A DNA stretch of 64,000 nt, taken from the IMG/VR virus record IMGVR_UViG_3300037466_003065, positions 96,001 to 160,000 of that record. One strand, given 5' to 3'. Positions 18,427-27,546 of the stretch are shown piece after piece. The notes below the pieces were generated by a model that saw nothing but the letters and a program-made list of their open reading frames with translations, did not search any database and was not told where the DNA came from. Positions within the stretch are counted from its first letter, which is position 1; each line of letters begins with the position of its first letter. Source of the stretch: a virus. A program made the translations under genes and the position numbers.

Positions 18427-18993
18427 TTAGGCGCCGGCCGGGGCGAGCTCCTCCTTGGTCATGGGTTCCCCGGCGGTCGCCGGCGCGTCCGGCTTGCGGC
18501 CAAGAAACTCGTTGAGGATGGCCCGCAGGTCGGCCTCCTCGGGCTCCTTGCCCTCCATGAACTTGATGCCGAGCGTCGCGACCTCCTTGACCTCGGAGAT
18601 CTGGGAGATGGCCCGGCCGGTCATGAAGACCTCGCACGCCGCCTTGTTGACCGTGATCGCGGAGAGGAAGTCCTTCTCGCTGATCGCGCCCTTCTTCATC
18701 AGGGCGTACAGCTTGCCCGGGTCGGGCACCTCCTTCCGCTGCTTGCCGAGGGTGGCCTCGCAGATCTCGCCGACCACCTTGCCGGCGCCCTTCTCGAACA
18801 TCGTGTCCTTGACCTCGGATTTCATTTCGTCGCCGAAGTACGCGACCATCTGGGCGGCGACCTTGATCAGGTCGATGCGGCGGTCGGAGATCTGCTTCTC
18901 CATGTCGACCGCGTCCAGGATCGAGACGTCCTTCTTGGCCGCCTTCGCCTTGGGGGTGCTCGCCTTGCCGTTGTTGCTGGTGTTCTTAGCCAC
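18427..18993 (-). CDS. hypothetical protein
   Basis: 188 aa, Lys/Ala-rich N-terminus, AAGGAGCATC RBS. Confidence 0.75.
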   Translation of the reverse strand: MAKNTSNNGKASTPKAKAAKKDVSILDAVDMEKQISDRRIDLIKVAAQMVAYFGDEMKSEVKDTMFEKGAGKVVGEICEATLGKQRKEVPDPGKLYALMKKGAISEKDFLSAITVNKAACEVFMTGRAISQISEVKEVATLGIKFMEGKEPEEADLRAILNEFLGRKPDAPATAGEPMTKEELAPAGA

Positions 18994-19014
18994 TGTGTGA
19001 TGCTCCTTCTGAAG

Positions 19015-19497
19015 TTAGTCCCGGCGGATCACCCGGCGCACGCGGCCGGATTGATCTGCCTCTTCCGCCGGCTGTCGTCCCCGCCGCCGGCCCGCGGGTG
19101 CCACAGACGCCTGTGGCGTAGGGTGCCTTGCGGTTACGCTCGGCTGTGCCGCAGCGTAACCTACAAGGTTTGAGAGGTCAAGGATTTTGTCGAGGATGTG
19201 GGCCAGCGTTAGTCCGCCGGTATACCCCGCCTCCTCGACGTCCTCGTACCCCTCACGGATCTTCTTGTGAAGCTGCTTGGTGACCTCCAGGAGGGCGTCG
19301 GCCTCCGTGACGTGCGGCACGTGCTTCTTCTCGTTCAGCACCTTCATGCCGGTCGGGCCCCATGCGAACACGGGGTAGTAGAGGTCGCCGATCTTCTCGA
19401 CGCGTCCCACGTACACCTTGTTGGCTCCGTGGTAGTTGTGGAGGGCGGTAACCAACCAGTTACGGCGATCCCTCCAGTTCATGGTGTGATTGGGCAT
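19015..19497 (-). CDS. WGR-domain protein
   Basis: NKVYVGRV...FAWGPTG...KQLHKKIREGY; ends GRVRRVIRRD. Confidence 0.7.
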   Translation of the reverse strand: MPNHTMNWRDRRNWLVTALHNYHGANKVYVGRVEKIGDLYYPVFAWGPTGMKVLNEKKHVPHVTEADALLEVTKQLHKKIREGYEDVEEAGYTGGLTLAHILDKILDLSNLVGYAAAQPSVTARHPTPQASVAPAGRRRGRQPAEEADQSGRVRRVIRRD

Positions 19498-19540
19498 TGG
19501 GCTCCTCGGTATTCAGTTGTAAAGATCGTCGCGACGGGCG

Positions 19541-20566
19541 TCAGTCCATGATGATTCGGCGCCGCACCCGGCCGCTGGACGCATCCTCCTGAAGTTGCCT
19601 GACCGCCTCACCCAGTGGGGCGAACGCCGCCTTCACTGCCTGCTGGATGGACGAGTTCTTGTTCAAGTCGCTGATGCTCACGCCGGCCACCGCGGAGCGG
19701 GCCTCGGCGACGCGCCGCAACACCTCCTCGTCGGCGAACTGGGCGAAGTTCTGCACGCGGTCGAGGACGTTCAGCAGGTTCGTGATCGCCTCGGGCCGCC
19801 GCGTGCCCGACTCCAGCGAGCCCAGGTTGATCTGCTCGCAGACGTCGGCGACCTCGCCGAAGACGTTCGACATGACTGCGTCGAGCTGCTCGCGGGCCTT
19901 GTCCTCACACATCTTCTTGATCGACCGGCGAACCTCCTCGGCGTCGGTGGGCGAGAGCTGGGAGACGTCGACCTCGGCGTCGCTCATCGGGGCAAGCCGC
20001 CGGAGCGTCCACCGCACCGCGAACTTGTCGACGAACGTGTCGGGCGACGGGAGCAGGGGCCTGATCTGGAAGAAGTGTTCGGGGTTCTCCGTCTGGAGCT
20101 GCGGGATCGCCTCGGACTCCCACTTGTCGGCCAGCTCCTGGGCGAGACGGTCGCGTTCCTGCTTCTTGGCCTCGAGCTGCTGGAGCAACTCACCCATCTT
20201 GTACATCGAGACCATGTAGCTGCCGGCGACCTTGTCGTCTCCGCTCTTGTCGTTGACCGCGTAGAACTTCATCAGTTCGCCGATCTCGCGGGCGTTCGCG
20301 TCGAGCCTGCCCCAGAGGTGGTGGGTGTCGTAGATCCAGGACGGCCGCGTCATCCGCTTGGCGCCGACCTCGGTCGTGCCGCCGTACTGGGCCTGGGCCT
20401 CGACCTTCACCTTGTCCTTGTCGCTCTTCGCCCGGCCGCTGGGCCGCTTGATCGTCAGCTCGAGCAGGACGAGGTTGGCCTTGAGGGTGGGCCGCTCCAT
20501 CTCGGCGATGACTTGGTCACTGACTTGGGGACTGCGGCTACGACGGGGGTTCGTTGCAGTTGCCAT
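19541..20566 (-). CDS. DUF3150-like helical protein
   Basis: Start MATATN after AAGGAGCATC. The pattern Y.V.....EL..QLE..K.E...LA...W.....LP....F..KF.V.W resembles DUF3150. Ends GRVRRRIIMD. Confidence 0.55.
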   Translation of the reverse strand: MATATNPRRSRSPQVSDQVIAEMERPTLKANLVLLELTIKRPSGRAKSDKDKVKVEAQAQYGGTTEVGAKRMTRPSWIYDTHHLWGRLDANAREIGELMKFYAVNDKSGDDKVAGSYMVSMYKMGELLQQLEAKKQERDRLAQELADKWESEAIPQLQTENPEHFFQIRPLLPSPDTFVDKFAVRWTLRRLAPMSDAEVDVSQLSPTDAEEVRRSIKKMCEDKAREQLDAVMSNVFGEVADVCEQINLGSLESGTRRPEAITNLLNVLDRVQNFAQFADEEVLRRVAEARSAVAGVSISDLNKNSSIQQAVKAAFAPLGEAVRQLQEDASSGRVRRRIIMD

Positions 20567-20622
20567 TGCGATGCTCCTTGAAGAGTTTATTTTTGGACGA
20601 ACGAAAGATATGTTAGTGGGTA

Positions 20623-21081
20623 CTAGACGTTCAGGTGGGCGTACGCCTCCCGGACGGATTGGGCGAAGGTGCGACAGGTGACCTTGTAGCCCTCGTCGTC
20701 CTTGGGGTCGTCGACGGTGCACGCCGACCCGTTCTTGGTGATGCGGTATCCCTGCCCGTGCAGCCACTTCAGGCGGGACGCGAGGTGGCACCCGTCGAGG
20801 TCACCGCACTGCGAGCACGGCGCGTTGTTCATCGAGTGCCCCTCGTCCATGCCCATGCGCCGCAACTGCTGGTACTGCAGCGTGGACTCGTCGGGGGCCT
20901 TGGGCTTCCGCGCCCGGATCAGCCACCTCGCCACGAGGGTGCCGATCTCGTAGTCGATGTTGTCGATCGGCCGGAGCGTGATGTCTCGCTTCGCCGCCAG
21001 TTTCTCGATCGCGTCGGTCGCCTCGTCGACCACGCACTTCTCGTCGTGAGTGAGCTGGTCGTAGATGTCACTTGCGGGCAT
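20623..21081 (-). CDS. hypothetical protein with CxxC
   Basis: 152 aa; AGGAGG RBS. Confidence 0.7.
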   Translation of the reverse strand: MPASDIYDQLTHDEKCVVDEATDAIEKLAAKRDITLRPIDNIDYEIGTLVARWLIRARKPKAPDESTLQYQQLRRMGMDEGHSMNNAPCSQCGDLDGCHLASRLKWLHGQGYRITKNGSACTVDDPKDDEGYKVTCRTFAQSVREAYAHLNV

Positions 21082-21101
21082 TAAGCCTCCTTGTTGAAGG
21101 G

Positions 21102-21452
21102 TTAGCGGAGATTGGCGTCGTCGTTGCGTTGCTCCTGTTCACAGCCCGGACACAGCTCGCCGAACTGGTTGGGCTTCTCGCATTCGGGGCAGGCGTTCAC
21201 GCTGTCGTCGACGTCGGGCTCCTCCGGCGGGCCGTAATCTTCGTCAACGTGTTCGCAGGTGGTCAGGTCGCCGTTGAAGTCGACGCGGTCGCGGGGGCGG
21301 TGCTTCTTGTAGATGATGACGCGGTTTGGTTGCTCGTCGACCTCGTCAAGGTCGAACTCCTCGGCCATGGACGAAGTGTCATCGGCCGTGAGCGGCTTAT
21401 CGAGGTCGCTAACCTTCGACAGCTTCTCGATGGCCTGTCGGACTGTGATCAT
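21102..21452 (-). CDS. acidic hypothetical protein with Zn ribbon
   Basis: CPEC...CPGC; GGAGGCATC RBS. Confidence 0.7.
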   Translation of the reverse strand: MITVRQAIEKLSKVSDLDKPLTADDTSSMAEEFDLDEVDEQPNRVIIYKKHRPRDRVDFNGDLTTCEHVDEDYGPPEEPDVDDSVNACPECEKPNQFGELCPGCEQEQRNDDANLR

Positions 21453-21658
21453 GATGCCTCCTGGGGCCAGTCGGTAAGGGTTTCAGACAGCTCGCGACGC
21501 ACGTCGTCGAGCCGGGAAGGTGGAACGCGCCGCAGCAGCGTCTCGACGGCCTGCTGAAGGTCGCCCACCTCGTGATCCGGTTCGTCGTTCTCGCCGTGCC
21601 GCCGGGCCGCATCGATGATCGTGTCGTACAGCTCCTGATGCGATTTGGGCAGACTCAT
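21449..21658 (-). CDS. small hypothetical protein
   Basis: 69 aa; AGGAGGCATC RBS; HEVGDLQ motif. Confidence 0.7.
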   Translation of the reverse strand: MSLPKSHQELYDTIIDAARRHGENDEPDHEVGDLQQAVETLLRRVPPSRLDDVRRELSETLTDWPQEAS

Positions 21659-21683
21659 GATGCCTCCTGTTGGGAGTGAAGGG

Positions 21684-22049
21684 TTAAGTGTGACGTGGTG
21701 GAGGGGCAGGGATAGTCGTCCTCAGCCATGCCTCCATCTCTTCGAAGTCTTGGCGTCGAATCTCGGGAACCGCATGGTGCTCGAGCTGACAGATTTGATC
21801 TACCTCCTCCTGGTTGAGGTCGAACCACTCACCGATGACGCGACGATGTTGGAACTCCTGATGAATCAGCACTTCCAGGAGTGTGTAGTCCCAACTGAAC
21901 CAGAATCCGATGAGTTCGTGCCGGATACCTGTACCCCGGTCGTAGTCACGCATGCGATTGGCGATCCTGAAGGCGCGTCCGACCTTGTACCAACCGGTCA
22001 CTGGTGAACGAATGAGGTAGACGAAGCCTCCGCACGGCGTCAGCCGCAT
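21684..22049 (-). CDS. T5orf172/GIY-YIG-superfamily protein
   Basis: GFVYLI...YKVG...R...LE..IH......R..GEWFDL. Confidence 0.8.
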   Translation of the reverse strand: MRLTPCGGFVYLIRSPVTGWYKVGRAFRIANRMRDYDRGTGIRHELIGFWFSWDYTLLEVLIHQEFQHRRVIGEWFDLNQEEVDQICQLEHHAVPEIRRQDFEEMEAWLRTTIPAPPPRHT

Positions 22050-22759
22050 TAGCGAGCGGCGTGGAATGCGCCGTATGCGATCGCGGCTAGGATCGGGCTC
22101 GTCTTGATGCTTGACTTCGCCAGCAGGCTCTGCTGTACGGGAGTGAGTCGCTCCCAGACGATCTCTCGCAGGGCTGCGGCTTCGTCGTCGGTGAGGGCTT
22201 TGGCCCATTCTTTTACCTCCTGTGATGGCGCCGCTGTCGTAGATCTACTCTCTAATGCTCTATCTCCGGATTTAGATCTATCTCCTTCTAGTAGTGAGGT
22301 TTCGCGTAGGCGGGAATTTCCCATTGATGACTTCTTCTCATCAGCGGGAATTTCCTGTTGGCGGGAAATTCCTTTTGGGTGAGACCGAGGGTACTTCTGA
22401 GCTTCCTGCACAACCCAAGAAGGGTGCCTCTTACCCTTGTAGCCACGAGAGACCTTCTTTAGGATGGTTGACTCCTCCAGCTCGACGAGTGCCCGGTAAA
22501 CTGACGATTGATCAAGCCCGCTGAAACGCATGATGGTTTCTACGCCGGGCCATGCCTGACCTCCTTCTGCCTCATTGGCGAACTTTGCCATTACACCTAA
22601 AACGCCCCGGGCGGCCGGGGTTAAGACTGCCCACCAGCCGGTTTCAAACCAGCTATGGTACATCTTGAACCACCAGCCATCCCGGGGCTTTGCTCGGAAC
22701 TCAAGCTCCTGATCGGTTACGATCGCGTACCGATGGAGTCGCTCTGGATCTTGGGCCAC
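22049..22759 (-). CDS. helix-turn-helix replication-initiator-like protein
   Basis: LTPAARGVLGVM..FAN....AWPGVETIMRFSGLDQSSVYRALVELE, typical of phage initiator N-termini; low-complexity linker; lower GC. Confidence 0.65.
   Translation of the reverse strand: MAQDPERLHRYAIVTDQELEFRAKPRDGWWFKMYHSWFETGWWAVLTPAARGVLGVMAKFANEAEGGQAWPGVETIMRFSGLDQSSVYRALVELEESTILKKVSRGYKGKRHPSWVVQEAQKYPRSHPKGISRQQEIPADEKKSSMGNSRLRETSLLEGDRSKSGDRALESRSTTAAPSQEVKEWAKALTDDEAAALREIVWERLTPVQQSLLAKSSIKTSPILAAIAYGAFHAAR
22310..22372. repeat. three 12-bp repeats GCGGGAA(T/A)TTCC inside the initiator-like gene
   Basis: Copies at 22310-22321, 22344-22355 and 22361-22372, next to an AT-rich stretch at ~22250-22300. Confidence 0.7.
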
Positions 22760-22774
22760 ACTGATGCCTCCGTG

Positions 22775-24484
22775 CTAGTCGTCCCGGCGAGACCTCCTCT
22801 GCACGCGGCTGGGCTCCGAGCCGCTGGAGGTACAGGAGGTCTGCGACCTGCCCAGCAGCATAAACGTCTTGCAGGCTTCACGCATCTTCTGAAGATCCCC
22901 CGCCCACTCCGGCGTCTTCGAGAGGGGGGTGAAGGTCTTGGCCTTCTCGATCATCCAGTCGATGTCCAGTCGCTTCGACTTGGTCACCCCGGCCCGCCGC
23001 ACCGCGTCCTCGACGAAGCTGGTCAGCTCGGCGCCGCTGCAGCCATCGGTGATGTTGTCCTCGGCGAGCAGGGCCAGCTTGCTCTCGTCAGACGACGTCA
23101 GGTCGAACCGCTTCTGCCGCACTTTGGTGACCAGGATTTGGTGGCGGATCTCGAAGTCCGGGAGGTCGACGAAGCACACCTCGTTCACGCGGCCCTTGCG
23201 GAGCAGCTCGGGCGGGAAGCCGCCCAGCCGGTTGCCGGTGAACCCGACGATCATCTTGTTGTCGGGCAGGGCGAGCTCGGTCAGCACCATCTGCAGCACC
23301 GACCCGGTGACCTCGTTCCCGGAGTTGCCCTGGGCCGCGTTGTTCAGGCCGGCCTTGTCCAAGTCGTCGAGGATCAGGACGGCGCCCACGGCCTGTGCGA
23401 CCTGCAGGATGCGGCGGGCGTTGTGCTGCGATTCGCCCACCCACTTGCTCTGTGACTCTCCCAGGTTCCAGATCAGGGCCGGCCGCTTCGCCCGCTTACC
23501 CAGCGCGAGGGCGAACTGGGATTTGCCGGTGCCCGGCATGCCCAGCACGGCCAGGCCGGTGACGCCGCTGATCGCGTGCTCCGCGAGCCACGCCTCGTCG
23601 ACGTCGAGGTTCTCGTCGAGGTACTGGTTGAGCGGCTCGTAGCCCGGGAAATCCGACGCGTTCTGGATTTTCTCGGGCGGGATGTAGAGCACGCCGGGGA
23701 GGTCGTTGAACACCCGGCTCTTCTCCGACTGGACGACCTCGAGGAACTCCTCGAGCTTGTCCAGTCGGTACTGGGCGCTGGCGAGGCCGACCGCGTCCTC
23801 GAAGCCTTGGTAAGTGAACCCGCGGCCCATCCGGACGATCGCCCGCCGCTGCTCGGCGTTGGGCTTGGGCTCGACGTCGACGTTGTCCAGGGCTTCGCCC
23901 AGCGTCTCGTCGTCCGGGAGGGGAACGAGCTCGGGCTTGAGCTCGGGCAGCTCCTTCGGCTTCTCGTCGGTCGGCGTGATCAGGACGATCATCCGCTGGC
24001 CCCGCTGGCCGTCCCGGTAGTACCCCGGCTGGTGCATGTTGGAGTGGACGATGTTCTTGATGAACTGCTGGACGATCACGTCGTCCTTCAGCACGCCGTT
24101 CCAGTCCTTGAGCACGAACACGATGTCGCGCTCGAGGTTCATGCCCTGCGGGATCTCGAACCGGCCGGCCGGCGTGACCGCACGCCCGTTGATGTCGTCC
24201 AGCTCCTTCTGCGAACCCAGCATGATCTGCAGGGCCCGCAGCGGCGACGTAGTGCCGGCGTTCAGGGGCTGGATGGACGGCTTGCCCTTGTAGAAGCCGC
24301 ACATCTTGTCGTGGATCCAGAAGTCGACCTTCTCGGCCTGCTTCGAGATCCGCTCGTTCTGCCGGTCGACGGCCGCCCGCACCGCCTCCTGGCACCGGTA
24401 GGGCTCCTCGGTGACCAGCCAGATGATGCTGTGGCCGGCCTTCCAACGGTTGCGGATCCACTCGGGGAGTTGCTTGACGTTCAT
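22775..24484 (-). CDS. Ycf46-like AAA+ ATPase
   Basis: N-terminal degenerate AAA (VTEEP.R, VLKDW), Walker A GMPGTGKS, SKWVGES, Walker B LILDDLDK, TGNR...PPELLRKGR, SGAEL; start MNVKQL after AGGAGACATC. Confidence 0.88.
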   Translation of the reverse strand: MNVKQLPEWIRNRWKAGHSIIWLVTEEPYRCQEAVRAAVDRQNERISKQAEKVDFWIHDKMCGFYKGKPSIQPLNAGTTSPLRALQIMLGSQKELDDINGRAVTPAGRFEIPQGMNLERDIVFVLKDWNGVLKDDVIVQQFIKNIVHSNMHQPGYYRDGQRGQRMIVLITPTDEKPKELPELKPELVPLPDDETLGEALDNVDVEPKPNAEQRRAIVRMGRGFTYQGFEDAVGLASAQYRLDKLEEFLEVVQSEKSRVFNDLPGVLYIPPEKIQNASDFPGYEPLNQYLDENLDVDEAWLAEHAISGVTGLAVLGMPGTGKSQFALALGKRAKRPALIWNLGESQSKWVGESQHNARRILQVAQAVGAVLILDDLDKAGLNNAAQGNSGNEVTGSVLQMVLTELALPDNKMIVGFTGNRLGGFPPELLRKGRVNEVCFVDLPDFEIRHQILVTKVRQKRFDLTSSDESKLALLAEDNITDGCSGAELTSFVEDAVRRAGVTKSKRLDIDWMIEKAKTFTPLSKTPEWAGDLQKMREACKTFMLLGRSQTSCTSSGSEPSRVQRRSRRDD

Positions 24485-24509
24485 TGTGATGTCTCCTGAA
24501 GGTTTGGGG

Positions 24510-25565
24510 TCAGTCGATGCGGGAGCTGAGGATCGGGTTGCCACGGCCCAGGTGCTCCATGCCCTGCTCCGTGATCTGGCGGCCGCCGCCGCTGATGGTC
24601 ACGAACCCCTGCCGGATCAGGAAGGGTTCGACGTCGACCGTCAGCGACTCCTTGTCCATGTTCAGCCTCGCGGCGAGCGAGTCCACGCCCATCTTGCCGC
24701 TGTCGCTGTCCGCGAGCGTCTGGAGGTACTCCCGCATCGGGGCGGTCAGGCCCATGCGGTCGATGTCCAGCAGGCCGAGCACGCTCTCGACCATGCCCGC
24801 GTCGATCGATGACTTGTTCGTGCTGACCATCCGGGCCCGCACCCGCTTCAGCAGCGCGATCGCCGTCCGCGGGGTGCCCATCGACCGCTCGGCTATCAGT
24901 CGGATGGCCCGCAGGTCGACCGTCGTGCCCAGCCGCTGGGCGTGCTGCTGGAGGATGAACATCAGGTCGTCGACCGAGTACGGCTGGAACGTGTACTGGA
25001 TCGAGCAGCGGTTGACCGCGGCCTCCGCGACCTTGCGGAGCCTCCCGATGTAGTTGGTCAGCAGGATGATGGTGCACTCGGGCACCCAGATCTTGACCGG
25101 CTTCGACACGCCCGGAAGTTTGGCCTCCATGGTCGGGATGTCGCCGCCGTCCGGCTGCATCACGGTATGGAGAGACTCCCACAACTTCCGGGGGACGGCC
25201 TCGCACTCGTCGAACGCGATGATCGCACGCTGGGCCGCGCGTCGGTCGAGCAGTCGCCCGGTCTTCTTCTCGTAGCCCTCGCGGGGCAGGTACCCGAATA
25301 CCTCGGACAACCGGAGGTCGGTCACCCGCGGGCCCATGAGGACGCGGGCGGGCGGGCCGCCCATCACGCTGGCCAGCACGTGCACGAGTGCCGTCTTACC
25401 CAATCCCGGGGGCCCGTTCAGGATCATGTGGGGAAGGGGTCGCAGCTCCTTGACCGCCGCCACGACCTCGTCCTTGAGCTGGGACACCAGCTTGGGTTGC
25501 CCCCGGTACTCCATCAGGGCCTTCGGCTGCCAGTCCCGTTCGTACTTCACAATCGTATCATTCAC
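24510..25565 (-). CDS. ruvB: Holliday junction branch-migration ATPase RuvB-like
   Basis: EYRGQPKL, PHMILNGPPGLGKT, IAFDECE, LRLIAERSMGTPRTAIALLKR-type region, DRMGL, GVDSLAARL, DVEPFLIRQGF..ISGGGRQIT. Confidence 0.9.
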   Translation of the reverse strand: MNDTIVKYERDWQPKALMEYRGQPKLVSQLKDEVVAAVKELRPLPHMILNGPPGLGKTALVHVLASVMGGPPARVLMGPRVTDLRLSEVFGYLPREGYEKKTGRLLDRRAAQRAIIAFDECEAVPRKLWESLHTVMQPDGGDIPTMEAKLPGVSKPVKIWVPECTIILLTNYIGRLRKVAEAAVNRCSIQYTFQPYSVDDLMFILQQHAQRLGTTVDLRAIRLIAERSMGTPRTAIALLKRVRARMVSTNKSSIDAGMVESVLGLLDIDRMGLTAPMREYLQTLADSDSGKMGVDSLAARLNMDKESLTVDVEPFLIRQGFVTISGGGRQITEQGMEHLGRGNPILSSRID

Positions 25566-26167
25566 GATGATGCCTCCTGCTGTTGAAGAAGAATGTCTAG
25601 GGTTCGGATGGCCGCACCGCTGTCCTTGCGGAACACGTACTCGGGCAGTTCGTGCAGCCACCGGATCGTCAGCTTGTTCACCTCCTCTTCGACCTCCTCA
25701 GTCGAGTGTAGTTTGTATGGCACGCCGGCCTTCTGGGAGAGGTGGTGGTGGGCCGTCTCGTGCACCACTGTTGACAGGACGGGCGACGGCCCGCCGAGCT
25801 TGTTCAGGTGCACGATGCTCCGATCCATGCCTCGCCAGTGTGTGCGGGTGCGTCGCCTCATTGAGCCGAAGCAGGCCCAGCCCCGGGCCGACTCCGTCTT
25901 GCGTAACGCCTCCTCGTGCGCGACTTCCGGGAACTGGTCGACGACCGCCTCGCGGTGGTCGGCGTACATTACGACGATCGGCCAGTAGTTCAGCAGTCGT
26001 TTCCGGAAACAAAAGAACCGCACCTCACGGCAGATCTCTTGCCAGTGACGTACGGTTTCTTCTGTGATCCCGAGCCGAAGCACGGAAGCCGAGACGAGGG
26101 AGGCGTGTTCCCGGTCACTTACGAGCGGCAACCTTGCGACCTGTCGTCTTATCATCGGTGTTCTCAA
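25562..26167 (-). CDS. putative zincin metallopeptidase-like protein (HExxH)
   Basis: STVVHETAHH followed by a downstream EE. Confidence 0.55.
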   Translation of the reverse strand: MRTPMIRRQVARLPLVSDREHASLVSASVLRLGITEETVRHWQEICREVRFFCFRKRLLNYWPIVVMYADHREAVVDQFPEVAHEEALRKTESARGWACFGSMRRRTRTHWRGMDRSIVHLNKLGGPSPVLSTVVHETAHHHLSQKAGVPYKLHSTEEVEEEVNKLTIRWLHELPEYVFRKDSGAAIRTLDILLQQQEASS

Positions 26168-26528
26168 ATTCGGGGTCGATCCTCGCGCGGACGATGTTCT
26201 TGGCGGCCTCCAACTCCTCCTCGGCCTCGCGAACGCTGCGGTCGAAGTCTTTGCGGGCTTCGACCTTCTTGGCGAGCTCTCGCTCGGCGTCGGCCAGCTT
26301 GGCCCTCAGCGTGTCGATGTGCACCTCGAGCTTGGGGATGCCGAGGTTGTTGACGTGACGCTCCTTCTTGGCCAGGCGAACCGCCTCCTGTGCGGCGAGC
26401 AGGCCCCGGTCGGTACGCATCAGCTCGGCCAGCCTGGTCTCCCGGGCCTTCGTTCGGGCCTGGTCGAGGGCGGCCTGGGCGGCGAGAACCGACTTGTCCT
26501 GGGTGATGCGAGTCGTGGTGGCGGGCAT
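26115..26528 (-). CDS. coiled-coil hypothetical protein
   Basis: Start MPATTT after AGAGGACATC. Confidence 0.7.
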   Translation of the reverse strand: MPATTTRITQDKSVLAAQAALDQARTKARETRLAELMRTDRGLLAAQEAVRLAKKERHVNNLGIPKLEVHIDTLRAKLADAERELAKKVEARKDFDRSVREAEEELEAAKNIVRARIDPEFENTDDKTTGRKVAARK

Positions 26529-26753
26529 TGATGTCCTCTGCTTTCGTGTCGGATCCCCGTGATGTCCGGGGACTATAAACAAGCGGGTTTCCCTTGACAA
26601 CATTAAATCCCAAAGATTACCGATCGTTTTGTGCCGTATCGCATACCGGTGATCCCCTTCAGATCACAATGGATCCCCTATTTTACTGGTTGCTTTCACC
26701 TATTTTGCGTCACCCTCACAGACCTCACCCCACAGATGAGAGAATGGTGAAGA

Positions 26754-27110
26754 TCAAAGCGACTCCAGCGACTCGGCGACGGTCACCAGGTCGTCGACGC
26801 TGAAGTGGTCGACGCTGGCGTCCGTCGAGCCGCCATCGGCGCACACGACGAAGAGCGTCAGGTGGCCTTGGTTGCTGCAGGTGATCATCTGCAGCTCCGC
26901 GATCGCCGTCGAGTTGTGCTCGTCTTCGTAGGGGTAAGAGGCGGCGATGCCCCTTTCGCAAAGGTCGATCGAGTGGACAGACCCGGCACCGCCGCCCGGC
27001 TGGGGCAGCGGGCCCACGCCCTTCTTGAGCACCAAGTCGCGAAGCAGCTTCACGACCTTTGCCCGTGTTCCCTCGAGCTGGTTTTTAATCTCTGTCAGTT
27101 TCATGCTCAT
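26754..27110 (-). CDS. hypothetical protein
   Basis: Start MSMKLTE after AGGA. Confidence 0.65.
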   Translation of the reverse strand: MSMKLTEIKNQLEGTRAKVVKLLRDLVLKKGVGPLPQPGGGAGSVHSIDLCERGIAASYPYEDEHNSTAIAELQMITCSNQGHLTLFVVCADGGSTDASVDHFSVDDLVTVAESLESL

Positions 27111-27136
27111 GGCGTTTCCTGTTCGTGTAAGAGAAG

Positions 27137-27168
27137 GGGGCCTCCGGGATGTCGTCCCCGGAGGCCCC
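27137..27168 (-). terminator. intrinsic terminator-like hairpin
   Basis: 12-bp stem GGGGCCTCCGGG / CCCGGAGGCCCC followed by CUUCUCUU on minus. Confidence 0.7.
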
Positions 27169-27207
27169 GATGCGTTGGCGGGCCCTTTCCGGCTCACCGT
27201 TGCCCGT

Positions 27208-27546
27208 TTAAGTGGCGCCCCTCTTGATCCGCCCGGTTCGCGGCCCGGTGTCCACGCCGGCCTGAACCGAAACCGCCTTTTGGAAGGCGACCTCGTGGGG
27301 CAGGGTGTACTCGTCGGAGCGGCCCTTGAGGCGGTAGATGACCGCCAGTGGGGTCACCTTGGAGATCTCGATCTCCCGGGTACCCCTTTCGAAGGTGGTA
27401 CAGGCGGTCTGGAACGGGCCGATCGAGCCCTTGATCTTCTTGGCTCTTGCCCGCTTGGGCTTCTCAGCTCCGGCGCCGCACTCGGGGCAAGGCGTGATGA
27501 GTCCCGGGTTGTTGTGCCACGGATGAGGACACGGTTCTTTTGCCAC
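27208..27546 (-). CDS. Zn-finger hypothetical protein
   Basis: CPHPWH...CPECG; GGAGGCATC RBS. Confidence 0.7.
   Translation of the reverse strand: MAKEPCPHPWHNNPGLITPCPECGAGAEKPKRARAKKIKGSIGPFQTACTTFERGTREIEISKVTPLAVIYRLKGRSDEYTLPHEVAFQKAVSVQAGVDTGPRTGRIKRGAT

Noticed and set aside
26594-26803. Plus-strand promoter (TTGACA) and short ORF in an AT-rich gap; shared AATCCC..GATTAC with 63343-63360
   Set aside because: There is no properly spaced -10 element, the ORF is not protein-like, and two loose matches are too few to define a motif.
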